Source: Phoronis australis
Lineage: Eukaryota > Animalia > Phoronida
Direction: 5' to 3'
DNA: 64,000 nt
Assembly (NCBI GenBank): GCA_002633005.1
Contig: NMRA01000432.1
Location: forward strand, 290,674-354,673
The notes beneath the pieces were generated by a model, which was given only the letters and a program-made list of their open reading frames with translations, was not told the DNA's origin and ran no database searches. The position numbers and the translations under genes are program-made. This document shows, one piece after another, positions 1 through 35,400 of this stretch. Position 1 is the first letter of the stretch; every line of letters starts with the position of its first letter.

Positions 1-728
1 GCCTCTTCGTCAATTTTTCTCCCTCTCCTTATTTGGTATGGCAAGACACAGACGCAGCACATTTCCTTATATGGAAAGTGTGACCTTTGACCTTCAAGCA
101 ACCGACTGAGCGCATGGAGATTAGAAACTCTGTGTTAACCACAGAGTTTTTCGTTTGCGTGTATTTCAAAAATTGTGAATATTGTGATTTTTTTGGAAAT
201 TTCCTTGCAGGGGGAAATGAATTGTTCTGTACAAGACGTTGCAAGATTGTACTTGTACTTTCATCAGGAATTGTTCGAAATATGTTTATGACGAGCTTTC
301 ACGTTCCATGCCTCTTTAACTTCCGTAGAATTTGGTTTTTGACTGTATACCAATCTTTCACTAATTAGGTCATGAGACCTTTCTTTTTTTAGGAAAATTT
401 AGCAAAACAAGATCAGCAACTTGACCAAATTTCATATCAAATAAATGAACAAGATAAAATCTCAAAAATATTGTTAGTTTTCTAAATTATTGTTTTTGTT
501 TGATGAAACTTTAATTTTTTTAAAATCATATAAGTTATATTTTTGGTAGCCTTTCGTGCAAAAGTGGAACATTTTAGAAACAAAACCTGATATACGGTAG
601 TTATGGAGACCAATGTGTAGAGCATAGTATATGAAAGTTTCTTGTGAATCCGATCTGCCATTTATGAGGTACGATGTTCCAAAGTTGACCAAAATTGGAC
701 ATTTACCAAAAGTCCTACGTAACCTTAA
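1..728. mobile_element. Right portion of a Kolobok-like non-autonomous DNA transposon (left end outside the window or decayed)
   Basis: Ends ...AGTCCTACGTAACC|TTAA (725-728), a YY terminus plus TTAA like the element at 10984-12962. Segment ~420-720 recurs, diverged, at ~41130-41410 (shared tgcaaaagtggaacatttta and gatgttc..aagtt..caaa.t.ggacattt..agtcctac). Confidence 0.45.
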
Positions 729-3700
729 GACAGTTATTTCCCCTGTTATATACTACAAGACTCTGTGCATTGTTAGTATGGCAATTGACTTTCACTTGCT
801 TTTAGTCTTGGTCAAGTTATATTGTAAATATGCCATGTCCTGATTGTCAACAGTTCTTTCAGTGTCACAATGTAAATCTTGCAACTGTTATTACGCCTTT
901 AGTTTCCCCCCATACATGTTTATATATTTAGGATGTTTGATTTAAATTAAATCAGTCACAGCATAGATTATAGACAGTCTATGGTCACAGTGGTGATTTC
1001 CAGTGAGTGATGTTCTCAGTAAATGTTGCATAGTGATGTTGTTTTAGGAAACGGAACCTCATCTGACCATTGATTGTTTAAGCATTACCTTTGTGAGCAT
1101 AGGATTGCTGGATTAATCAAGTGCTACCAAGCAACATTTTAGAATTTTAAAGTTAAAGTACGTAGATCATAGTTTGTTGACAAACAGTAAGTGTAAGAAC
1201 TATATTTATTCTATTTGTGTAGTGGTTATTATCGGTCACACTCCGGTCTATAGGTTTGGATGTTGAACAACTCCGTTGTGGAATATTTTTGGTAATAAAT
1301 TAGCACAGATAGTATACAGCAATGCACATATATAACAAGCTGATTATTTGCTGATTAAAGGAAGTGTTTTTTCTTATGCTACCACATGCTGGGCCTTGTA
1401 TTATTATTTGTGATGAAGGGGATTGGCTCTTGATTAAACTGTATTTTACTTTTTCACTCCAGCTACAAAAGCAGTGCCAACAATGTTAAAATGCTTGTGC
1501 TTTAAAATTCAATTCCTGATGAACCTATTATTGCAAATCAAACCAGGTCTTTAGTGCAAAGCATTAGTCAGAGATGCCCTCTGTTATTTTGCACTGCCAT
1601 GATGTCCCAGAGTTAGGGTTTTGTGCTGAGAAAAATATAAAATCGCAAATTTTTGTCATTTTTGACCTTTTTTTTACTAACAACATGTGAGAAATGGAAA
1701 GTAGGTCTAGTTCTGTCGCATCAGGTTTATTTAACAAGTTGCACAAATCGATAAATCCTTTCTAAGGCTCCGTTGTTACTGAAATTTTTTGTTTGTGAAG
1801 TCTCATGCCTGAGATCGTGCTATAGTGTACATCCTTCAGAAAAGATCATTACTTTATGATATGGTGAGGAATATTGCCACTCCTATGTATTGTTCCCACC
1901 CTTACTGTGTTGTTTGTAACCTGGTTTGTAAGTTTTTTTGTATTTTTTCTCATCACTTTTAAGAAGTTCTTTTACTGTTCCTCTTAGAAATATTCAGCTT
2001 GTATCAGGATGAAAATTTGACCTAACTAAAAAGTTTTGGTTTGTTTTCAAAGAATTTAATTGTGCACTACTGGTTACTTTGTATTTTGACTCTGCTATGA
2101 AATATTCTGTTGCATAAATGAACTTTGTTAGTTTACTTAAATGAAATAGTTTTCATTCTCTCTGTGCCCATCTCTAATGCCTCGCTCACACAAAGTTGGT
2201 GCCGATCCGATGAGTTTGCTGCATGGTCATGTCTACTGACAGACGTTTACTTGAAGTGGTAGGTGGGAATCACCATCAAAAATCACCAATAGGCTACTGC
2301 TAGTGATCCCATGAAAAATGGCCCAATCATCATACTAGGCATCACCTGATGTTTGACGATGCCAATATTACAATTTGTTAATTATTTAAGTTTCATAAAC
2401 TGAGGCTACATTGGTTCCAGTTTGCCATTAAATTCACGAAACTGCAGCTTGGACCATGCACAAAATATTGTGACGACCGCAGAAGGAATACTGGTGAATA
2501 AAAAAATTGTATTTTTTCTTGGGCATTTCAAATTACTAGGGCCACCAGACTTCTAATAGGGGCCTCAAGAAACCTTGATCAAGTACTGGGCTACTGTACC
2601 CTGCCATCAATGTTCGCTGTGAGTTATATAATGCTGTTATTGTGTTCAGACATTGGTAGTTTGCTCACTTGGATTTTGTGCTTGTTCTAATCTATACTAT
2701 CAGTTGTGTAGTGAGCTTGCTTGCATATTGTATGTTTAGTTATGTGATGATGAAATAATACTTTTATTTGTGTAAACAATTGCGTGTTCATTCAGCATTA
2801 TACACTACCCTTCGCTACAGTCTGCTTTTCAGCCGGCAGCGCCATCCAATGTTTTTTGAAGCATTGTTGTGTGGCCTGCCACACCATCAATATGTCCCGC
2901 TTTCTGACATATGCGGCAAATTAACGCATAGTTTATTATTGTGCTTTTCCACACGGTTTACCCCTATTTCGCACCCATTAAAATGTAGCGTGTTTTGGGA
3001 TGGGGCAAAGCTTTGCCCATCTTGCAGTATGGCCTAGATGCAGATTTTCTGCTTGTTTTTCATTTTCAAATGTTGGGAACTTATGTACCTTTGTAGAACA
3101 ATAGTACAACGAGCGCAAAAATACTTAAAGGCATGTTGATTTATTCACAATATCTTCATGGGTGGTTCTGTTGAAGCTTGTTACTGTTTGAAAAATGGTC
3201 TGCCTGTGGAAAAATCTACACAACTGACTAAGCATTTTGATTGATTGATTGAGATTGACCACATTTCTTTAATTTATTTGACACAGATTGTGTTTATTTT
3301 GCCGCTGACGCACTGAAACCATCTTTAGCAAACTTGAACAAAAAATGTATCACATAGTGAGTTCATTCATATTGTACTTGTTCGAAAATAATGTATTTGG
3401 GTGTTAAAATGTGGTCACCAAAATATAACACCATGTTTCTTAATCCATTTGAAAGGCAATTCTCTGTTTTGAGCATTGATGACAGTTTGTTGTGACAGCC
3501 GGCAGGGGAACACGTACAGAAAACTTAGTTGACACAAAAACCGTCAGGGTACGCTTCGCTCTGTGGTTCTTTGTTGATTTCTAAAATAGGTCAAAAGACG
3601 CCTGTTGGAAAGTTTAATAACAAATATCGAAAGGAGATTAATTATCTGAGAGAAACTTTTTTGCCAACTTTTGCTTCATTCACCCCAATTACGGTATTTA

Positions 3701-3821
3701 TGTCCACTACTTATGAATTTTGGGAATTAACAAACGTAAATCTTGCCATTTAAATGCAAGTGGTTGAATCTCTTGTTTGATGCCATCATCCTTATCCTTT
3801 CGAATTATAAACGTTTCCACA

Positions 3822-24564
<20,743 letters not shown>

Positions 24565-25913
24565 CTGTTATGTGCAATTTAAGCCATCAAGCTTCTGCCT
24601 ATATTAAACCATGGGATTGAGATGCATTCAGTAAAACCACTGTCTTGAAATTTTGGCAAGGTCATGCTAATTTAACACAAGATGCCGCAAGTAAGTTTAC
24701 AGTTGTACTACTAAATTCTAGCAAGATGGCCGCCTGTGTAATAATTGGACAGCTGCCTCGGAATGCTGAATCTGGGGAAAAAATCATGAGTAAACGCACA
24801 GAATATCCACAGTTGCTATTGTAGAAGCCAAGATTTTCTTCTGCATCTTGCGTTTTACTGGTTGTGCTGAACTTGTTCCTGCCTTCTGCTCCTGTTGTCC
24901 AGTGGGGCTAGTTTGTTGTTCAAGTCAGATAGTTGGACATATAGTAAACGTCAGATAGGTATGAGCCAGAGTTTTGTTTAAGCCAAAGTTCCGCTGTGCG
25001 ATTGTTCAAATTAATTCATTCAGCCCTTCATGTAAGTTTGATTTCACATTACTCTAATGAAATCACAGTCTGGTTGGATCCGACTTGCATGTATGCGAAT
25101 TTTACTGTTGGCACTTACTCTAGGCCCGTCTTAAAGAACTTGTGTCTGCATGTAGTGTTTGTTGTAGTTATGCCTGTGCTGCTTAATGTTGTTTGACGAG
25201 AGGGTTAACTTGTCATTTAGTTAAAAGTTGGCATACATGCATCTACATGATTGTATTAAATTATTGAAAGTGTCAGACTTGATACCATTTGGTATCTTAG
25301 GATATTGTCTTTAGAAAACAGTTTTTAATCATGGGCCTACTTCTGGCTAGCACCATTACATTTTATACACAGCAAGGACTGGAATAGTCTGTTCATTTTC
25401 CTAAATGAGACGGGCAGATTTGAAAACTTTTCTTCACGGAGAACCTATTAATCGACAATAGGGCTAGTTTAGCTAAGGCGTTTCATGCAGTGGAACCAAC
25501 CATGGGACCTGTTCACTTCAGACCACTGACATTTGTTGCTTCTGTTGTAGAGTAGACAGCACATTTAGCATATGAAACTGGACGTAATGATGTTGTAAAA
25601 CATCTGAAAAATGGACAGACATGTCATGTTTTATGTAATCTCATGGTAGCAGCACCAGGTGCCTTATTTGTTTTGCAGTTGGAAATGTTTATGGCTCCAT
25701 TAATCCCAAGTTCATTTTCATTTAAAGTTTAAATTAAAATTCTTTTTTTCTTTTTAAATGATAATCTAGACAATTTATAGTTGTCACGTGGTCGATTTTT
25801 ATTGTAATGGGTAAATTGTAATAACAATTTTGCAAACATTTATTAAGAATGAAAGGTATTTTAGAATATTGAAACATTACTGTGTTTTCATAAGTGCAGT
25901 TTTCCCAGCCTGT

Positions 25914-25919
25914 AATAAA
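25914..25919 (+). promoter_or_regulatory. Likely KAT2 polyadenylation signal
   Basis: AATAAA ~1.35 kb after the stop, followed by a GT/T-rich downstream element (tgtttgtaagttgatgttg). Confidence 0.5.
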
Positions 25920-26458
25920 CAAATGTTTACATGTTTGTAAGTTGATGTTGAAGTAATTTTTAAGATTTGTTATAGGAAGACTTAAGGGTTGGAGAACAAT
26001 GGCTTAATGGGCTCCAGCAGTTTTACAGCCACTCTTCTTCCTTGAAGGATTTGTGTAAAACTGGTTCCCAAAATCCCCAACCCCTGTAAGTGACTATATC
26101 CCAACATTCCAAGCGTATGGTGGTGAATTAGCCAGGACAGGACAAGTGATTGTCTTAGAAAATCCATAAAAATAAAGACAGTCTATAAAAACAGAAATTG
26201 TAATTTGTACAACTATTGACATTTATATATCTACATATCACAGAGACTCCAATAGCCGGAAATAAGTGACATAATAGTACATGGTCAAAGAATTTTAAAA
26301 AGTGTTACAACTCTGTAATACCTGAACAATATTTACAGACAAACATTTCAGTGTACAAATAAATTATACAATCATTCAAATAGCCAACTCACAAACAAAA
26401 CATCCAATGCAACAAAACTGACTTGGCAGCCAATAATAGATATTTACACATCGAGAGA

Positions 26459-29400
26459 TTAGATATTAACAAGGGCTTCATGCTTTTCATCATATGAACC
26501 TTGACCTTTGACATATAACCTTCGTGGTTCCTCTCCCAAAAGGCCTTTAATGATGAACACACACTCGTACATTTCACTGTCTCTGTAAGAGCAAGAAGAG
26601 TAGTTTGTAATGTATTAAGGATTTTCAACTCTACTTAAATCAACGGTCTATTGTCAATTTCTTCTACAGCCGTATTTGCCTGAAGTTGCCTAACAGAAAA
26701 AAAAACGCGATGCACAAAATTTCAGAAAGCTTTGAAATGCACAAAAATAATGCAAAATACTATGTTACTATGGCACCGTTAATCCGCTGTGAGTGCATTA
26801 ATGACGTTTTGAAAAAATATTAGTTACACAAAGTTTCTTCACTTAGTGATCTTTTATACTGCTGCCAATTAAAATGGGCCAAAAAAGCAAACAGCTGATG
26901 GAAAACAAAAAGCGAGCACGTCCAATGTCTGATGTTTTAGATGTAAGTCTACTGTTCTGTTCTTGAGTATATTATGATTCAGGGGTATGAGTTCAAGTCC
27001 AGGTTAACCCAAGATTTTGAGGTACAAACTAGAGTTCAAACTTGAGATTTCTAGTTTGGACTCAAACGTACAAGAAGTTTAATGAAAGGATTATCAAGTG
27101 AGAACTAATATTAGATATACCACAATATTAGCGTCGTATAATAATCTATATATATATCCATATGTGCAAATCATAATGTACACAAGAGGAGAGTAATAGG
27201 CAATCTTAAGTTTGTAGTAAAATAGAATTTAAAGAAAATGTTGAAAATAACTTGATGGAAGTTCTAGTTCGGAGATTAGAGCCTGGGTACTGGATAACAT
27301 TGAGTTACAATGAAAACTTGATGACTTACTTGGCAGTAAATGTGATGTTGAGTAGACACTTGCTGTTAGAGATGTGAGCAATGTGTCCATCAAGATGGCC
27401 TTTGTTGGGTGTAATCTTGAATGTTTCCGTGGAGCACGACTTGGAGTTAGACTCTGAAAATCAAAAAATGTCAAAAGTAAATTGTCAAGAGTAAATTGTC
27501 AAGAGTAAATCAAGCAAGATACAAATGCTGCAAGATTAGTTTACCCAGCTGTTTATTTAATCAGTCAGCAGCCCAGTTTGTGTTGATTTATGGCACAATT
27601 CCTTGAAGAGATATGCTGGCAAACAATGCCATTATTTTAAAGATACCAGTAAACTCCGACAGCCAAGATATTCCTTCACGTAACTCACACAGAGATCCAC
27701 AACAGTACATACCGTAAATGTTCGGGTTATCGCCCTGGGCGGTTAAATTGGCAATCGGGGGTGGGAGGTTAACCAGACATGGGCGCTTAAATGTGAAATT
27801 TCAAGAAATCCAGGGTGGGCGGTTAACTGAACATGGGCGCTTATTACGACAGACAACCGCCCTGGGCGGTTAATCTTACCTCGTGATCTAAGTCCCCACA
27901 CGACACACGTACTTGGAATGCGTAGCACTGTTCAAAGAGCTTTATCGTCACGTCAACAAATGACAGTAAAAACTTCATAACAGCGGATGATCCCAACAAA
28001 GGTTCTGTTGCCCTCAGATTAGTCATTCACAATTAAACTTAAAAAATTGCTGACAGAGTAATAGACCCGTGCTATCCAGCAGTCTTGTTAGTTTGTTAGA
28101 ACTGCAGAGCGCAGACGACCAGTGACCACGCGGCGCTCCACTTGGATTGCAAGCGGTGACACTGCAAAAGTGCGCATGTGCAAGCATCACGTGTTGCATC
28201 ATCTATATCTAAAAGTCGGGAGTCGCGTGTTTCCTAACGCTGGGCGCTAAATCTTCAATCTTAAAAAGTCGGGGATGGGCGCTTAACCAGGAGGTGGGCG
28301 CTTAACTGGAAATCTTCAAAATCGCAGAGGGGCGGTTAACCGAGCAGTGGGCGGTTAAATCGAAAATCCACCTAAAGTAGGGGCAGGGCGGTTAACTGAG
28401 CATGGGCATTAACCCGAACATTTACGGTACACTCAGTCTTTCAGACAAGTCGCATTTTTCCTTATTACTTAGAAAACTAATTTCTGGGCTCAACTCGACA
28501 TTCACTATATTTTCAAACACAGTGTGAACAAGCATTTTTTTATTTTGTTAACTAATCAAAATTATTAAAAAATTCACATTTCACATCCACAAGGTGTGGT
28601 GCTACTTAATACTTACCCACTTTTGAAAACCACAAGGTGGCTGAGGCTGAATAGTTGCTTAACATCAACTCCAGGTGTCTCTCCTGTCCCACTAAACAGA
28701 CGCCAAAGTCGATACTTTCCTTTGATAAATGGAATGCTGGAACAGCGAGGGTCGCGTGCAATGGCAGCCGCTGAAACACAAAGCTCGTGATTGTTGATGC
28801 AGAAACAAAGACAAATAAAAAGTCGGCTGGAAACCAATCAAAGCTTAATTGCAATGAAGTGTGAAAAGACTCATAACCCAGGATTTTAACAGCAATTTTA
28901 GGAATACGATGAGCGAGTCATGAGTGAGCAGTTTAAATGTTATTCTCATGCTTCCTTTTAAGAGTTGCATTTTGGGTTGTTACTTAAGCATGATTACCAT
29001 GGGATTACTAAGAAAGCATCAATGGGTAACAGCCATGACTCTTCACAAAAGGGTCTTTCTCAAGTCATAATAATGCTTTTCTACAACACTGCTCTCTTTA
29101 GGTATCTCCGTACTGGGTCTCTTGAAAATGATGTCTACAACAAGTTAACCACATCAGTTATGAACCTGAAAGTGCCTGAATTTAATGAGCATCGAATCAG
29201 TGGGAAGCTGCTAAAGAAGAGACATGATCCCAGTAAACCCTTGTCAAATCTGGCACAAAATGAACATGATTTAATTACACCCTAAACCTTCAGATACCTG
29301 CACTGAGCCGTTACTATAAACCATCTGCAGGTCTTTTCTGAAGTGGAGTTTGGTTTCTTTCTCCAGTCTTTCCTCTTCTACACCATCTTCATCTTGGTAA

Positions 29401-32400
29401 TCAAGCAAGTCAAGGCTGACACGGAATGCCACATGAATCTGGAAAAACGTTTTGACAAATTTGTCTATTTTGTGTATATGTTCTATATCCCACTATTTTG
29501 TGTATAATATCCCACTCTACTTTGGTGACAATTTCTGTAAAGCAGAATTGAAACAAACTTTGGACGCTAATTTTAGAATCTATAGTTCATCAATATTTCC
29601 AGACATCAAGTCAAACTCCCAAATTTGACTGTGATGTACGGCACAACTGAAAGATGATTTGTTTGCCTTTGATACATGACCCATCTCTAAGTTAATGCCT
29701 AAGGTGTTTGAGATGAGAAACACCAAACAACAGTGAATGCATAAAGCCAGACATGGGCTTTTAAAAACAAAATATTTGAAGACTGCCCAGTTAAGTTAAA
29801 GCACAAGGAACTGCATTCATGTCAGTCACTTGTGAAGGAAAAGGCAAATAAAACATATACAGAGTGTTTCATTGCCTTTTGGGGAGTCATGGCATCCACA
29901 GACCTCAACACTTTTAAAAACTAAAAGTTCTCAACTATCAAAACCAAACATAGGCATTTATGTAAAAGCAAACATTTTGAAATTGGGAGGGGTATGTACC
30001 CAAGCAAGGGTTTTAGCCCAGATTACTATGGAAAAAATCTGAACACAAAATCATAGTCTGAATGAGGATTCTGGATTTCCTGCAAGGCTGATCCAAACAT
30101 GACCAGCTCCACTGAGAGTTTTTAACAAGTAACAACCCCAGTTTAACTATGGCTACAGTGGAAGTTTAAAGTAAGCTAACAGTGGTGTTTGTTTCCTTGA
30201 TTGGTTGGCAGTTATCTGTTTCGAGAGACACTGCATATACGCTATCTGTTAGCCATTGGATGGATTGCAGTGTTGCCTGTGGATAAAACATCTGATGAGA
30301 GCAGCTTGTTCTATAGCACATGTCAAATGTGTATATTATTTGGACCTGATCAGAGCAGAGGCTGCCCTCCAACGCTTGTGTTCTTTAGTGCCCATTTTTA
30401 TTTACTTCTGTGCTCACTGGTTTTGATGCACAACTTGACAGTCGGCCTCTACCGGCTACAATCAGAGGCCACAGTTTCCCAATCTGCAACGGTGATGATT
30501 TTCGTCTTCAGATCATGCTTGCAAAATTCTTTATAATGAAGCACGCAGGCCTTCCTGCAGGTCTAGTTTCAGTGGCAAGCTCTCCATACAATATGTCTTT
30601 GGCATCCTACCATAGTCTATGTGCCTCACGTGGCCAATCCAAATGAGGCACTTATGGTTTCCTTGACTACAATACAAATATGCTAACAGAATGCTATTGG
30701 CCTATCTTCAAGTTTTACTAACCTGGAAGTTGTGATGTGGAGTGAGCGTTAAGTTATTGATCTCTTGCAAGGTGCCACTAATCTCATGCGTTCGAGGATC
30801 GATGTTGGTCAGGGCAAAAGGGGGTGGAGCAACAAGCTTGAAGTTAAGTGGTGTACCAGTATGATTGGACAAGTTGACACTGTTGATTTTAACTGTCTCC
30901 TCAAGCAGCTGAAATGTGGATAGTTTGCTAAATCATTGAAGAATTAATGTCAATTGGGCAGACAAATTTTAGAATTTTAATATATTACACAACAAACTAA
31001 GACTAAATTCTGAAATATTATTATACGTTTATTTCAGGATGGAACACAAGTTCATCAAAAACATGCATGCACTACATTAACTTCTATTATAAAACACATT
31101 CAAGTGAAAAATCCCATAGACATCACTCAATCAAGAATCTGTTCTATTTTGCCTAAAAATGCAATTCATTGTTAAATGTGCATCAAATCAAAAAGAAAAA
31201 GGTGTAGCAAACTGTATCATTAAGGAAGTTCAAAATCAAATACCAAAACCTACATTTCCTTTATACAAGAGGTCACTGAGTGCAGTTCTGTAGCGCATTC
31301 CATCATCTTCTGTGCATTCAATCATTAAACTAGACAAACAGAGACAGAGGTCATGTAAAATAAACAGATTCTCGACTTTGCACTGTATCTGCATGTATAT
31401 TACAAAACATAAAGACTGTTCATTTTTGAAATATATATCACCAGACTGCTGCATGCAATGTTACACTCAGACATTGTGTTGTATGTGAGTTCAAACATAT
31501 GAAAATCTGATGACCAAAAACCAATAAAAAACATCTGAAGATTGGTGTTATACAAAATTTCTATCAACAACAAAAACTGCCAACCACAACTTTTCAGAAT
31601 TATTCTTTTACTTACAGAGCTGGTTTAACATGAGCTGTGATATTGAGTCGGATGGGTTCAAGGTCGTAGTGTTGGGACCTGGACACTCTACCCTCAACTT
31701 GTGCATACTGCAAAAAGTTTTTGTAAAAGTCATTACATTCATAAAATTTTTGATATTTGTTGTAGGGTTCTTCATAAGAAAAACAAATTGAATTTACTTC
31801 CTATAAGCAATGTCATAAAACAACAAGTTGATATCATATTATGCATTAAATTACACACAGATTGCATTTCACCTTAGGGTCGTAGGCACATAACATAATT
31901 TGCAGGGTCTTCCATAAAATGGACAAGGGTATACTTTACATGTCATCAATGTGTAATGAGTATTCTCAACTATCAACTACCAACTGTTTCCTGGATGTTA
32001 GCTATATAGTATCATCATTAAACGGCCTTCATTAATAGAATAGCCAATTGTGAAAACAGACAAAGGAAATTCCTACCAATACACACACACTCATGCATAC
32101 ACCACAAACCAACTGAAGGTATTTCAAGATTACAGAATACAGGATTGTACACCGAATGGGAGACTTTCAAGTAGTAACAGGTAAGGGCAACTGATCAATG
32201 TGGGACCAATTTCATTTTTCTTTAAAAAACATAATGTCTAACCACATATATTGCCAATGGGTCTTTTCACCAAGTCAAAACGTTTCACTATACTACCCAC
32301 TGCGATGAAGAAGTACCTCCTTGGACCACCAGGGGGTGAAAACAATCACCAGTCTCACGTAATCAGCACCCATTGATTTCTAAAAGTCTCCCACAAGAAT

Positions 32401-35400
32401 TACTCTTAGAGTGCAAGACATGCGCAATAACACAGTCTGGGTCAACCTATGTTTGAATGCACTTTTTACCAAGGTATAGTTGATACTTCGAATCACAACA
32501 CCATTTAAAACTGTGAGGTTGTTTTTTACACAAATTCTATTAAACAATTTAAGTAATCCAAGTACCTCATCCTCCAGACTTAAATAGCCCAAAGCAAAAG
32601 ATGAGAACTCTTCACCAGAGGGATCATCTGAGTTGGTGGAAGGCATCAGACACACTGCTACACAAGTGAAACCTCTGGCTGGAACAACCTGCCAAAATGT
32701 TAATGAGATGAAATTTGATTAATATTGAAAATAAAACAAAATCAAATACAATGACCAGGACTTTTGATCATGAAATCTTAATCTACAGTCTTCAAAAGTA
32801 GTGCGACTTGATTCATCAATTTTAACAAAATAGCACTTTGAGTTTGATGAACTTTCATTCAAATATTTTAACTTTCAAGCTTTTTTAAATTGTGTTTCCC
32901 AGCTACTGCACAATTAAGTAAGACCACACAATCAAAATTAAAGCTTTCCAGACAAAAACTTCTGTCACTTAATTGCTAATTCTCCTAATGAATTTTGATA
33001 ACATTAAGTGCCAAATCTTATTCGAAAAATTACAGGGTTATTTTCTTCATGATAAAATTGTGCAAGGGTCAAGCTTTTTAGGATCATGAAAGTGAACTAA
33101 TGATAATGCCATAGTTTAACAGACTAACATGAGAAACTCGATAACAATAATAATAGTGTAACTGTAGATGGTATCATGAAAAACTCACTAACAATACTGC
33201 TGTACAATGTAATCAGACACTACTGTTTCCCTGTCATGACAGCTAAACCAGCCAACAGCAAAAATGACTTGTAATTACTATTATGAGGGCAAAATTAGAA
33301 TTGCAGAATGTATTATCCACCTCATAAACTTGTATGTTAATTCCTCTTCATTCTGAGTCACAAGGGAAAACCACACCTTGCAATGAATTTGGCTTCCACT
33401 GCGCCATCATCATAGGGCATTCTGGACAATTTTGAATACTTTTAGCGTGCACTGTGCATAATAATATCATGTGTATGGAGCACTATGCTAAGTTTGTACT
33501 CTTACCATCTGACTGGGAGTAAACCTGAAAGGCTTTTCTGCAGGCTGTCCGTCATGTGAACGTAGATTGATTGAAATGACCTTTGGCACGTCACAGGCTG
33601 TGACCTCTGGCACAGCTTCAAGGGCAGGGGTCCCCTGAAGGTCAGATGATGTTGGCTGTCGACTAGCTGCTACGGTATCCGGTGAGTCAGGGATAAAATC
33701 CGTGGGCAAACGATCTACAGGAGGGGGTTCTAGAAAAAAATCAGATAAAAAATATTAGTTAAAAACACTGTTACACAGTAAAATTTAATTATTAATCTTT
33801 TCTTTTTTATTTAGATGCAGAAAATCTCATTTTTGTTACTTTGCTAGCATGGTTTTAAGTTTTTAAAACTAATTTTGTAATATTTTAACCAATGTCTTGA
33901 TATCAAAGGAACCTACTTTTAGGAAATAAACAATGTCTATATCATGATCTCAATTTTATAAATACCGGAGGTTAAAAGTAGATGAAGAATGTGTTTCCAA
34001 GTTTTTAAAGAAAACAACACACAGACATTGCCTTCAAAATGACGTGTTTCTAAAACTCAATTTCAAAGTGATATCAAATATGTAAATTTTCAGTTAATAT
34101 ACTGACTTATTGTCGGTAGAATCTCATTTCCCTGAGCATCCTTCAGAGGAAACGGTGTGCCATAAGTGACAACAAAGTCAAGCAACTGTGGATCGTCTTG
34201 GACACAATTGAAGACCTGCCAGTCAATTCGAATGTCTGTAATAAACATCCATAACATACATTTATAATCCAGCAGCACCAAAACCTTATTAATGTCCGAC
34301 TGTAATGTAAACTTAACATAAAAAATCATCAAATAATTGTTAACTGTACAGAACTGGCTAAGCATGCACAGTTATACATTGTATAAGAAATTCATTACCA
34401 TCAACAGAATAATGATGTGATTAAAATAATGTTGAATCCCATTAGTTGATGAGCAGCTGTTTACGTCTTATGATACATTCTGAAAGTAGCAGGCAGAGGG
34501 AACTTTGAAACATTGTAAGTCAATTATGAGCTTCTACAGCCATTTTGTATCAAATGATATCAAATCAAACTCGCACGTCTATTTTCCTTTCATTGTTCAC
34601 TTGACACCAAGCAAGGGTGTATGCATTTCACATTTTTGATGTTGGGTCAACAAGTCAACAATTATTTTACTAGAGTTATATATCAAACCAATCACGTGCA
34701 CGATGGCTCTAGTCATCAGCACAAGCCAATCATTAGAATAATTCATACGAACCCCAACATCATGCATACCAACAAAACCAAAGTAACCCTTATGAAAAAG
34801 CTTCAGGAAATTCTAATCCCGAAAGCCAGTGAGAATCTCACTGGATTCCAGTTAGATTCCAGTGAGAATCTAACTAATTAAGATGCCATTTAAATTAGTG
34901 AGAAAAAAATTCTCACTCTGGTGAGAATACAGTGATATTCCAGTTAGAATTCAGTGAGAATCTAACTAATTTGTATGGCATTCCCACTCAGTCAGAATTT
35001 GTCTTACTGAAATTCTCACTCAATAGGAATGCTATGCAAATTAGTGAGAATTTGTGTTAATGAAATTCTCACTGAAAATCTCACTGGGTGAGAATTTTGA
35101 ACTTAGAAAATTTCGTGTGCCTTTTCAGCCACTGACTGAATAGAATCGAGATCAAACCTTTTTGGTAACCAAAACACTGCTTATTTTTGTGAGTTTATCT
35201 TGAACTTTGACTAAGGATACAATTTAATAATTGCTAATTGTGAAATATAGCAGACATAAAATAATAACTATAATGCCTTTGGTGAATCAGCAAAATACTG
35301 AAAACTCAGCTGTCAACATGCCCAGAATGAAGACATCTTGATCAGCCTAATACTGGTGCTTCATGCACTCTACTACATGTATGAAATGTACTAACCTTAA

